Of a stretch of 25,606 nucleotides of DNA, positions 15,656-23,672 are shown in pieces; positions within the stretch are counted from its first letter, which is position 1, and each line of letters begins with the position of its first letter. This DNA comes from a virus. Taxonomy: Duplodnaviria; Caudoviricetes. The notes below the pieces were generated by a model. It was not told where the DNA came from and searched no databases. It saw only the letters and a list, made by a program, of their open reading frames with translations. A program made the translations under genes and the position numbers. The stretch covers positions 1 through 25,606 of the IMG/VR virus record IMGVR_UViG_3300005804_000114; one strand, given 5' to 3'.

Positions 15656-16804
15656 GCTTACTCATTTTAGTTTGTTCTCAGGTATTTGACCGGCGGGATA
15701 GATTTGGCAGCCGAATGGGCAGGATTTGAAACTGTCGGACAATGCGAATTTGCCGACTACCCCACAAAAGTCTTAGAAAAACACTGGCCAGACGTACCAA
15801 GATGGAGGGATATAAGGAATGTTACAGCCGAGTCTATTCGATCAAGAGGAATACGAGAAATTACCTTGTTATCAGGGGGCTTCCCCTGTCAACCTCATTC
15901 CGTTGCTGGAAAACATAAAGGCTCTGATGATGAGCGTAACCTCTGGCCGGAATTCTGCAGAGTCATTAGCGAAACTTCTCCCAAATGGGTTTTGGGCGAA
16001 AACGTACCAGGGATATACACAAGCGACAATAGACGGTTCTTTGGAAGAGTTCTCAATGATTTGGCCTCGCTGGGGTACTATGTTGGATGGGCAACTTACG
16101 GAGCTATCCACGTTGGCGCTAAGCATAGAAGAGAAAGAGTCTTTATTGTGGCATACGCCAAGGGCAGTAATGATAGAAGAATCACCAGAGAATTTCAGAA
16201 AAAGAATGAACAAAAAAAGGCCAAACGACAGGAAGAACGGATTTCCGAATTTGGCGGTACAGGTGAAATTCTGGCCAACTCCAACAGCTCAAGACTTCAA
16301 GCGCAGGGGACCGAACAGCAAACAGCAAGGTTTGAGCAATGCTGTATTATGGCCAACACCGAAGGCATCACTAAGAGGGGATTGTCCATCAGAGAGGGTA
16401 AGGAGATCACCGGATTTAGCAGCAGCAGTAAATATATATCCAACTCCCCAAGCAAGAGATTACAGGACGGGAGAGGGACACCGATGGCAAACACCGGAGA
16501 AAAGAAGCAGGAATTTAAACGATGCGATTGCCTATCAAGAGGGATACAAATTACTTCCTACACCCACGGCTCAGGATGCGAAAAACGCGACCCTACCACA
16601 AAGCCAGAAGAACAGGGACAGCATTCCAGGACATTTATTGAGGGAAGGAAATACTGGGAGTTTGAACCCGACGTGGGTAGAGTGGCTAATGGGGTTCCCT
16701 CAAGGGTGGACAGACTTAAATGTTTAGGAAATGCAGTAGTACCACAACAGGTATTTCCAATCTTAAAAACTATTGCACAGATAGAGAGGTGTTCAAATGC
16801 TTAA
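15648..16804 (+). CDS. dcm: C5 cytosine DNA methyltransferase, catalytic (alpha) chain, interrupted in motif I at 15687-15691
   Basis: MPELTHFSLFSGI* (15648-15689) then GGIDLA in the frame of ORF 15686-16804; motifs IV GGFPCQ, VI ENV, VIII HRRERVF and X LGNAVV. Confidence 0.85.
15819..16727 (+). CDS. Nested alternative-frame (beta) chain of the methyltransferase with PTP repeat modules and motif IX
   Basis: 302-aa open frame inside dcm; own SD GGAGG at 15804-15808; ends LNPTWVEWLMGFPQGWT. Confidence 0.8.
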   Translation: MLQPSLFDQEEYEKLPCYQGASPVNLIPLLENIKALMMSVTSGRNSAESLAKLLPNGFWAKTYQGYTQATIDGSLEEFSMIWPRWGTMLDGQLTELSTLALSIEEKESLLWHTPRAVMIEESPENFRKRMNKKRPNDRKNGFPNLAVQVKFWPTPTAQDFKRRGPNSKQQGLSNAVLWPTPKASLRGDCPSERVRRSPDLAAAVNIYPTPQARDYRTGEGHRWQTPEKRSRNLNDAIAYQEGYKLLPTPTAQDAKNATLPQSQKNRDSIPGHLLREGNTGSLNPTWVEWLMGFPQGWTDLNV

Positions 16805-17075
16805 CTACTGTATAAGCCAATCTCAATTAGCAAAACTAGACGAAAAATATAAAATGACTGATTCTGAAATAAGATCAATCGTAAAATATGGCATACCAAG
16901 GGAAGGTGATTGTTATTTAATCTTAGAAGCTCAGTCAAAGCGAACGGATGAAATCTTCATTCACAAAGACATGATACCGTATCTTAGAGAATTGATAGCA
17001 ATAATTGACCATATAGGCGATGGAGTAAGCTTTGATGAGTTTCATATTCCGCCGAGGAACAGAAAAATAGGATAG
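16797..17075 (+). CDS. Hypothetical protein
   Basis: SD GAGGTG; coupled to dcm. Confidence 0.6.
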   Translation: MLNYCISQSQLAKLDEKYKMTDSEIRSIVKYGIPREGDCYLILEAQSKRTDEIFIHKDMIPYLRELIAIIDHIGDGVSFDEFHIPPRNRKIG

Positions 17076-17085
17076 GGGCGAAAAG

Positions 17086-17520
17086 ATGAAAGTTAAATTC
17101 ACTATCCCGGGGGAGCCAAAAGGAAAGGCTAGGCCAAGAGTAACAAAAGGCGGAATAACCTATACACCTGCTGAAACTGTAAATTATGAAAATTGGGTTA
17201 AGGTATGTTATCAGCAACAGGTGAATCGACATCTTGGAGACGGACAAATCGAAATAGAAGTTGATATGTATTACAGCATTCCGAAGTCAGCTGCAAAAGG
17301 GAAAATACTGGCCATGAAGCACAATATAGTCAGGCCAACCAAAAAGCCTGATTGTGACAATGTTCTTAAAGCTATAGCAGATTCTCTTAATGGAATAGCG
17401 TATAAGGATGATTCGCAGATTGTCACAGCCGTAATAAGAAAACTGTATTCAGTTGAGCCGAGGGTTGAAGTTGAGATTTTCGACAGAGAATCTGATCCTG
17501 ACTATGTGACGGGGGTGTAA
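17086..17520 (+). CDS. rusA: RusA-family Holliday junction resolvase
   Basis: GEPKGKARPR and KPDCDNVLKAIADSLNGIAYKDDSQI motifs. Confidence 0.93.
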   Translation: MKVKFTIPGEPKGKARPRVTKGGITYTPAETVNYENWVKVCYQQQVNRHLGDGQIEIEVDMYYSIPKSAAKGKILAMKHNIVRPTKKPDCDNVLKAIADSLNGIAYKDDSQIVTAVIRKLYSVEPRVEVEIFDRESDPDYVTGV

Positions 17521-17522
17521 AA

Positions 17523-18095
17523 ATGGAACACTGCTCAGTCTGTGGAGAAGAACTTACAAAACCAAGCAAAAACCCAGAATCAAAATACTTGCACTGTGGT
17601 AAACGCGAATGTAGAAACGAGGTTGCCCGCCATCGTTCCGCAGATAATAAAAAAAATATAAAAACACGTCCAGTAAGCGAAAAACGGAAGGCTGGGATAA
17701 AAAAGATGAGGGAAGAACTTAACACCATTGAAAAGTTCTCTCAAGCCAGCTATGGGCGGCATGGACTTCAGAATCTTACTAAAAGATACGGAATTTTACC
17801 TTGGGATGTTACAAATTACAGCAAAGAATTATTTTCGGGAATGACACACGGAGAAATATTAAGAGCAAGGAAAGACGCAGTAAAGAAAAACGAACAAACA
17901 AGGCCGTTAGAAAGGAAAAAGGTTGAAGTCAAGGTTTATAAAATAACCGACCCCGCAGCAGTTGAAAGAGGAATTAAGGAACACAAATTTGGCGAACCGG
18001 CCAGCTATGACGGGCTGAAGTTAGTTCGGACAGAATATGCGAATGAAATTATGATGCCGGTTAATTGGACGTTGGTGGGAGTTATGGAGGGATGA
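17523..18095 (+). CDS. Hypothetical protein with N-terminal Cys cluster
   Basis: CSVCG...C...C; 190 aa. Confidence 0.65.
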   Translation: MEHCSVCGEELTKPSKNPESKYLHCGKRECRNEVARHRSADNKKNIKTRPVSEKRKAGIKKMREELNTIEKFSQASYGRHGLQNLTKRYGILPWDVTNYSKELFSGMTHGEILRARKDAVKKNEQTRPLERKKVEVKVYKITDPAAVERGIKEHKFGEPASYDGLKLVRTEYANEIMMPVNWTLVGVMEG

Positions 18096-18099
18096 GAAG

Positions 18100-18369
18100 A
18101 TGGCATACGCAGTTCACGAACTTAAAACATGGCTTGAATACTATCAAGCCGTAGTCGATGGCCGCAAACCGTTTGAAATTAGATTAAATGATAGAAACTA
18201 TCAGATCGGAGATGTTTTATTCCTCAGAGAATTTGAACCGAATAAAGGAATTTATACCGGGCGCAACATTACGAGAGAGGTCACATACACGCTTAAGAGA
18301 AAACCTTTTGTTCCTGATGGATATATCGTTATGGGAATTAAGCCGTGGGATGGTGATCTGAATGCCTGA
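18100..18369 (+). CDS. DUF3850 / ASCH-like protein
   Basis: HELKTW...GRKPFEIRLNDRNYQIGDVLFLREF...YTGR. Confidence 0.85.
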   Translation: MAYAVHELKTWLEYYQAVVDGRKPFEIRLNDRNYQIGDVLFLREFEPNKGIYTGRNITREVTYTLKRKPFVPDGYIVMGIKPWDGDLNA

Positions 18370-18670
18370 ATTATTAACCAGAAAACAGATTGAAGATATG
18401 AGTAGATGCCAAGAAAAACCAGATTGTACTTCTTGTTCCTTGTTCGATCAAGCTAAGAATGATTTTATAAATACCGAGTGCGATATTGACAATGTTGCGC
18501 AAACGGCCCTTACCTTACTGAATATGTTGAAAAGGCTGGAGTTTGCAAACCTAACCTTTGAAGGGGAAGAGTGTTATATCTGTGCAGGGAATGAGGGAAC
18601 AGGACATAAACCGGATTGTGAACTTGGTAACCTACTTAAGGAGATGGAGGTAGAACATGGGACTCCTTAA
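18362..18670 (+). CDS. Cys-rich hypothetical protein
   Basis: CYIC...GHKPDC; coupled on both sides. Confidence 0.6.
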   Translation: MPELLTRKQIEDMSRCQEKPDCTSCSLFDQAKNDFINTECDIDNVAQTALTLLNMLKRLEFANLTFEGEECYICAGNEGTGHKPDCELGNLLKEMEVEHGTP

Positions 18671-18979
18671 CTACACCACCAAAATAGATGTCCATACCAC
18701 TCTAGGAGAAATCCAGAAGATACTTGTTGAGCATGGGGCAAGGAAGATCATGCAGGACTTCGATGAGAAGGGGAAGATTGCAAGCTTAAATTTCTCAATG
18801 ATGACCACCCAGGGTGAAGCCGGGTTCCGGCTACCGGCAAATGTTCCGCAGGCTTTTGAGGTTTTAAAGCAACAGAAAAGGAAGAAATATTCCTACCATA
18901 CATGTTGGACCGGAACGGAAGAACATTCTTCCAGGCCTACCAGCAAAGGCAATTAGGAAGTGGGGAGGTAGACCAATGA
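18657..18979 (+). pseudogene. Phage protein with an out-of-frame internal lesion near 18880
   Basis: N-part MGLLNYTT...FRLPAN; a second frame EEIFLPYMLDRNGRTFFQAYQQRQL ends in a TGA that overlaps the next ATG. Confidence 0.6.
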
Positions 18980-19269
18980 TATTAAGCAAGGAAAAAATAC
19001 AGAACGAAATAAATGAGCTTAAAACATGGAGAGAATTGAATAAAGAAAATTATGTTTATAAAGTCATAGAATCGAAGGATTTAATTGATACCATCGAATC
19101 CCAACAGCAGGAGATAAAGCAAAAGGATGAAGCCTTAGAACAGGCAAGGGAAGTATTTAATAATATCCTCTCTGGTGACGGAGATTTAAACGATGCTATC
19201 GAAGAAGCTATTACCGGAATAAACCTGATAGAGAAAGCCTTGGGTGGTGATGATGTCCAGCAGGGGTAA
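18976..19269 (+). CDS. Coiled-coil hypothetical protein
   Basis: SD GGAGGT. Confidence 0.6.
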   Translation: MILSKEKIQNEINELKTWRELNKENYVYKVIESKDLIDTIESQQQEIKQKDEALEQAREVFNNILSGDGDLNDAIEEAITGINLIEKALGGDDVQQG

Positions 19270-19432
19270 AAAGAAGAAGATCAAAAACAGACCAAATCTT
19301 TGTGAAGCTTGCCGCTATAAAAATAAGTCGTATTTTAAAAGGCCCTGTCGGTCAAAGCCTGATTACGAATATGTTATTGAATGCAGCATGTGGCAGCCAA
19401 TTAGATGGTGGCAAAGAATATTTAGGGGGTAA
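19253..19432 (+). CDS. Small basic Cys-containing protein
   Basis: GGTG SD; CEAC...C...C. Confidence 0.5.
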   Translation: MSSRGKKKKIKNRPNLCEACRYKNKSYFKRPCRSKPDYEYVIECSMWQPIRWWQRIFRG

Positions 19433-19704
19433 TGGGGATGTACTATGATTTACTTTTTCCATATCGAATAGAAGCAGGTGCCAAAATTGGAACACAGGAA
19501 AATGGTGAGCAATTACCAGTTTATACAAAAATTACTTTGGGTAAAGCCAAAAAGCCTATTACTGAAGAGGAATATGACAAAATGCACGAGGCCAACAGAA
19601 TAACATTAGCAAATATTCTGCATGAAAAAATAGAGCTGATTACTCCAATATCCGGCGAAGAATACGAAGAAAACGCCAACGAGGAGGACGATAGGGATGA
19701 ATAA
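19432..19704 (+). CDS. Hypothetical protein
   Basis: TAATG-coupled to the previous ORF. Confidence 0.6.
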   Translation: MGMYYDLLFPYRIEAGAKIGTQENGEQLPVYTKITLGKAKKPITEEEYDKMHEANRITLANILHEKIELITPISGEEYEENANEEDDRDE

Positions 19705-20110
19705 ACAAGAATTACAGGATATCAGGGAGCGGTGCGAGAAGGCAACGCCGGGACCATGGAAATGGATAATAAACGGGAATACCGTACAATCTCATGCGAT
19801 AACTACAGATACCGGAAAATGCGGCATACAGGAGAAGATATGTGCTTCTATTAGTCCAAAAACGAAAAATGCCAACTTTATCGCCCATGCTAGAACCGAT
19901 ATCCCTGCTCTCCTTACTGAAATAGACCGCCTCACAGCCGAGAGGGATAATAAGGGGTGTGGATGGTGTAATAGGCTGGATGAATACGATAGATTTGAAT
20001 GCACTCTAATAAACCATGAAGGAAGCGACATGGCAGTAGATCACATGATAGTGTCATGTATTGCAGATTATTGCCCTGTTTGTGGACGAAGATTGGAGGT
20101 CCGGTCATGA
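19697..20110 (+). CDS. Ead/Ea22-like phage protein with C-terminal Zn ribbon
   Basis: ATPGPW...NANFIAHARTDIPALLTEIDRL; YCPVCGRRL. Confidence 0.75.
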   Translation: MNKQELQDIRERCEKATPGPWKWIINGNTVQSHAITTDTGKCGIQEKICASISPKTKNANFIAHARTDIPALLTEIDRLTAERDNKGCGWCNRLDEYDRFECTLINHEGSDMAVDHMIVSCIADYCPVCGRRLEVRS

Positions 20111-20592
20111 GTGAATTAAAGACTTGCCCGTTTTGCGGGAATGAGCATGTAACAATTACTCAAAATTATGGATATTGGCATATCGGATGCCCTCAATGCC
20201 AAACAGCATTTGAAAATGACGGAACATGCGGACGAAACAAAGACAAAGAAAAAACTATCGCCGCCTGGAACCGCCGAGCAAATGGCTGGATACCAGTATC
20301 AGAGAGATTGCCAGAAAGTGGAAAGCATGTATTTCTTTCCTGCCAAATAAAGCCAAGTGGCAAGAAATATGTATGTGATGGATTTTATGTTGAGCATGAA
20401 ACTATTGTAGGTAGTGATCTGCCAGATGATACAGACCTTTTTTACTCAGAGGAAAAAGATGAATATTACCTACCAGAGGGGTTTTATGAGGTAATTAAAA
20501 ATTGGGATGATTACGGCAGTATAACAATAGGCGACTTTGTTACCCACTGGATGCCACTACCAGAGCCACCGGAAGGAGTTGATCAGGGATGA
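20107..20592 (+). CDS. Lar-family (restriction alleviation) Zn-ribbon fused to a DUF551-like domain
   Basis: ELKTCPFCG...AWNRR followed by WIPVSERLPE...VTHWMPLPEPP. Confidence 0.8.
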   Translation: MSELKTCPFCGNEHVTITQNYGYWHIGCPQCQTAFENDGTCGRNKDKEKTIAAWNRRANGWIPVSERLPESGKHVFLSCQIKPSGKKYVCDGFYVEHETIVGSDLPDDTDLFYSEEKDEYYLPEGFYEVIKNWDDYGSITIGDFVTHWMPLPEPPEGVDQG

Positions 20593-20659
20593 GTGAGTAT
20601 AAACGGTTGATAGGACGGAATGAATTTGGAGAAGCAACAAAGCAGATCGGAGGAAAAGA

Positions 20660-21088
20660 ATGGAAGAACGAATAGAGCGTCACATATACCAGTACGTTGA
20701 AGCCGAACTACGGAATTATAAGACATACAAAAAACTGATAGAAGAATACGATAAAGAATTGTTATATACCGGGGCAAAGTCTGGATTAAGCAAAGACCCG
20801 TCCGGAAGATTTAGTCAGGGACAAACAGGGGACCCGACACATAGCGAGGCAGTAAGGGTTATAACGAATAATAATCGAGTGAAAAGGTATAAAGATATTA
20901 TTAAATGTATCGAAGATACCTTGGAAGAACTTTCTCCGGAAGACCGTAAACTAGTTGAATTAAAATATTTCCAAGGGTGGTTAACGGATTTTGGAGTAAT
21001 AAGAGAGCTACACATCGGGAGAACAAAATACTTTAAAGACAAACGTAGGATAGTTTGTAAAATTGCGTTGCGAATGAGATTAACATAA
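20660..21088 (+). CDS. RinA/ArpU-family late transcription activator
   Basis: VEAELRNY, GDPT and LVELKYF motifs; last early gene before the packaging module. Confidence 0.8.
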   Translation: MEERIERHIYQYVEAELRNYKTYKKLIEEYDKELLYTGAKSGLSKDPSGRFSQGQTGDPTHSEAVRVITNNNRVKRYKDIIKCIEDTLEELSPEDRKLVELKYFQGWLTDFGVIRELHIGRTKYFKDKRRIVCKIALRMRLT

Positions 21089-21132
21089 GCGGACTATTTG
21101 CGGACTAAATGATAGTATTTCCGATATATAAT
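21089..21132 (+). promoter_or_regulatory. Putative activator-dependent late promoter
   Basis: GCGGACTA direct repeat with 11-bp period (21089, 21100), then TATAAT at 21127-21132 without a canonical -35. Confidence 0.65.
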
Positions 21133-21148
21133 GATACCATGGATAGTT

Positions 21149-21176
21149 AAGACCGCCCTGGACGGACGGTCTTTTT
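21149..21176. terminator. Intrinsic terminator-like hairpin at the 3' end of hicB
   Basis: AAGACCG...CGGTCTT stem with a T run on +; stem is fully paired (one G-U) on the minus strand. Confidence 0.6.
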
Positions 21177-21195
21177 ACGCTATATTGCCATATTA

Positions 21196-21588
21196 TTATT
21201 CTATGCCAAGACGACTTTTTAAGGCGTCTTGAAGTATCTGAGAAAAATTGACATTGTGGGCTTCGGCTTCTTCATTGAGCCAGGAAGGAATAGACAAGGT
21301 TTTTTTAACAGCCCGGGAATCTTTTCTACGGCGGTAAGCAGTCATGTCAACGTCAATCATCGTAACAAATTGACCTGGTCCCATTAAAATACTATCCTGA
21401 TCCGAAGTTTTTGGAATCTCTTCATCTGCATCAATAAGATAGTCCAGCCAACTGCCTAATGCGTCACGAGCATTATAAATTGAGTCTGCGATATCTTTGC
21501 CTTGGCTGTTTGTTCCTGGCAGATCAGGAAAGCGTATAGCAAATCCGGTGTCAACAGGGGTAAAGATTGCGGGAAAAACGTAAATCAT
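21196..21588 (-). CDS. hicB: HicB-family antitoxin (orphan)
   Basis: YVFPAIF...FPDLPG..SQG...ARDAL; C-terminal VKKTLSIPSWLNEEAE...NFSQILQDAL. Confidence 0.92.
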   Translation of the reverse strand: MIYVFPAIFTPVDTGFAIRFPDLPGTNSQGKDIADSIYNARDALGSWLDYLIDADEEIPKTSDQDSILMGPGQFVTMIDVDMTAYRRRKDSRAVKKTLSIPSWLNEEAEAHNVNFSQILQDALKSRLGIE

Positions 21589-21641
21589 TTTGCACCTCCA
21601 AAGTTACTATATTATTTATTTGTTATCCCAAGATGTGGGGC

Positions 21642-21653
21642 TTATTTCTTCAT
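21642..21653 (-). pseudogene. 3-codon stub (MKK*) at the expected hicA position
   Basis: SD AGGTAGGTGA then ATG AAG AAA TAA, between the promoter and hicB. Confidence 0.55.
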
Positions 21654-21679
21654 TTATGTATCACCTACCTTCTGATATT

Positions 21680-21731
21680 ATTATAATACGTATAATACGT
21701 AATGTAAATAGTTTGTACGTAATTTTACGTA
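21680..21731 (-). promoter_or_regulatory. Sigma-A promoter of the hic locus with four TACGTA operator-like boxes
   Basis: Minus strand TTTACA-17 nt-TATAAT (21708 to 21680); TACGTA at 21687, 21696, 21716 and 21726. Confidence 0.75.
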
Positions 21732-21754
21732 TTATTTTTATTGGAGTTGATGCA

Positions 21755-21943
21755 ATGACAATAGCAAAATGTTTGCACTATAAACCAATAGACAGCAAAG
21801 AGAAAGTGAACTGCATCAACTGTAAAAGATGGGCCGGGAAGAAGTGTAAGGATGAAGCGTTGATGTTAGCTGAATACGAGAAGAGACATGGGGCCTATGA
21901 GCACATGATGAGGGAGAATAAAGGTGTGATGATAGATAGCTAA
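21755..21943 (+). CDS. Small Cys-rich hypothetical protein
   Basis: ATG after GGAG; C...CxxC...C. Confidence 0.55.
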   Translation: MTIAKCLHYKPIDSKEKVNCINCKRWAGKKCKDEALMLAEYEKRHGAYEHMMRENKGVMIDS

Positions 21944-22071
21944 TTAGACCCAAGAAGATATGTTCTTATCCAGGATGTCCTGAGTTAACTACAGAACGGT
22001 CATGTGACCAGTACGGGAAGCAGAAGTTTGAGAATAAGGGAATTACAATATCCTAAATGAGGTGGTGATTA

Positions 22072-22881
22072 ATGGATATAAGAGAGCGGGCCAAGATTCT
22101 ATTTGAACAAGGGGAAAGGCTTATTGATATTTCCGATAAGCTTAAAATAAATTACAACACTATTAAACAATGGTGTAACCGAGGTAAATGGAAAAAACCA
22201 AAGAAGGTTACAAAAAAAGTTACACCCAAAATAAAGAATGTTCCCTTGGCAAAAAACGATAATAAATCCCTTATTGAAGATAATGGCCTCACTGAAAAGC
22301 AAAGGCTTTTTTGTTTATATTGGGTTAATAACCGAAATGCAACTCAGTCATATTTAAAGGCTTACGGCTGCAACTATGCGGTAGCGGCAGTCGAGGGGCA
22401 CCGAAACCTAACGAAACCTAAAATTAAAGATGAAATCAATAGACTGCGAGAATTAAAAAAAGAATCTATTATGATAGACGAAAACGACATTATAGAAAAA
22501 TATATGCGAATAGCCTTTTCAGATTTAACTGATTTTATCGAGGTAAAGACTGAACAAGTCCCAATGATGTCAAGTGACGGCCCTATAATGATACCAGACC
22601 CAGATACGGGAGAACTAAAACATATGATGCAAACCGTCAATATGCTTACCCTTAAAACAAGCGATCAAATTGATGGAGCGTTGATTAGCGAAATAAGACA
22701 AGGCAAACAGGGAGTAAGTATTAAACTAGAAGACCGGCAAAAGGCGTTAAAGTGGCTTGCAGATTTCTTCGGGATGAATCCGGAGCATAAACACCGGGTA
22801 GAATATGATGCTAAAAAGTTACAGCTTGAACAGGAAAGATTACAACATACAATCAAGATAGATGAGGTGAAGGTGTTTTAA
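22072..22881 (+). CDS. terS: Terminase small subunit-like protein (N-terminal HTH + Terminase_2)
   Basis: LTEKQRLFCLYW...NATQSYLKAYG...RNLTKPKI and IKLEDRQKALKWL motifs. Confidence 0.8.
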   Translation: MDIRERAKILFEQGERLIDISDKLKINYNTIKQWCNRGKWKKPKKVTKKVTPKIKNVPLAKNDNKSLIEDNGLTEKQRLFCLYWVNNRNATQSYLKAYGCNYAVAAVEGHRNLTKPKIKDEINRLRELKKESIMIDENDIIEKYMRIAFSDLTDFIEVKTEQVPMMSSDGPIMIPDPDTGELKHMMQTVNMLTLKTSDQIDGALISEIRQGKQGVSIKLEDRQKALKWLADFFGMNPEHKHRVEYDAKKLQLEQERLQHTIKIDEVKVF

Positions 22882-22882
22882 G

Positions 22883-23566
22883 ATGGCGCGTCATGCTAAG
22901 GTACAAACATTTTATGCAAGTAAAGAATGGGTTTCCTTCAGGTTAGGGTTAATAGCCGAGAGGGGAAATAGATGCGAACGATGCAAACAAATAATATCAA
23001 GACCAATAGACGTTATCGGGCATCACAAAATAGAACTTACTCCAGAAAATGTGAAAGATGTAATAATAAGCCTTAATCCTGAATTAGTTGAACTAATCTG
23101 TTTTGATTGCCACCAAAAAGAGCATAACCGATTTGGATATCAGACAGAGAAAAAAGTCTACATAGTTTATGGTCCGCCGCTGTCAGGTAAGACAAGCTTT
23201 GTGCAATCGCAAATGAGGCGGGGAGATATTGTTATTGACATGGACCGTCTTTACGAGGCAATAACAATGTTGCCGGCATTTGATAAACCAGATAATCTCC
23301 TTGGTAATGTGAGGGGCATATACAATTTACTGCTCGATAACATAAAAACCAGATATGGAAAATGGAACAATGCTTGGATTATCGGAACATATCCCGATAA
23401 ATATAAGCGGGAAAAATTAGCAGAGGACCTAGGGGCTGAACTGATCTTCTGCGAGGTAAGCAAGGATGAATGCTTAAGGCGGTTGTCCTTAGATGAAGAC
23501 CGTAAGTATCGGCAAGATGAATGGTGTGGATATGTCAATAAGTGGTTTGAGCATTATATTGCCTAG
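22883..23566 (+). CDS. Packaging-associated HNH endonuclease fused to a P-loop domain
   Basis: CERC...HH...LICFDCHQKEH followed by VYGPPLSGKT. Confidence 0.85.
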   Translation: MARHAKVQTFYASKEWVSFRLGLIAERGNRCERCKQIISRPIDVIGHHKIELTPENVKDVIISLNPELVELICFDCHQKEHNRFGYQTEKKVYIVYGPPLSGKTSFVQSQMRRGDIVIDMDRLYEAITMLPAFDKPDNLLGNVRGIYNLLLDNIKTRYGKWNNAWIIGTYPDKYKREKLAEDLGAELIFCEVSKDECLRRLSLDEDRKYRQDEWCGYVNKWFEHYIA

Positions 23567-23654
23567 GCCTGCCCCCGGGTGCAGAAAATCTTAACATATC
23601 GGATAACCGTGTGGCAATGAGAAGAACAACATATGGCCCAAAATTTGAAATTCC
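23567..23654. other. Candidate cos / packaging-initiation region
   Basis: Intergenic gap between HNH and the small gene preceding TerL, starting with GC-rich CCCCCGGG; positional inference only. Confidence 0.4.
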
Positions 23655-23672
23655 TTGGAGGTTTTTAGAATT

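Noticed and set aside
15681-15731. Selenocysteine readthrough or prfB-type +1 frameshift at the dcm TGA
   Set aside because: Readthrough meets TAG after three more codons, and the +1 frame meets TGA within about 14 codons; neither reaches the MTase frame.
21961-22045. Possible twister-like ribozyme upstream of terS
   Set aside because: Short hairpins (CAGGA/TCCTG, GGTCA/TGACC) are present, but I could not match the conserved core or pseudoknots; needs cmscan.
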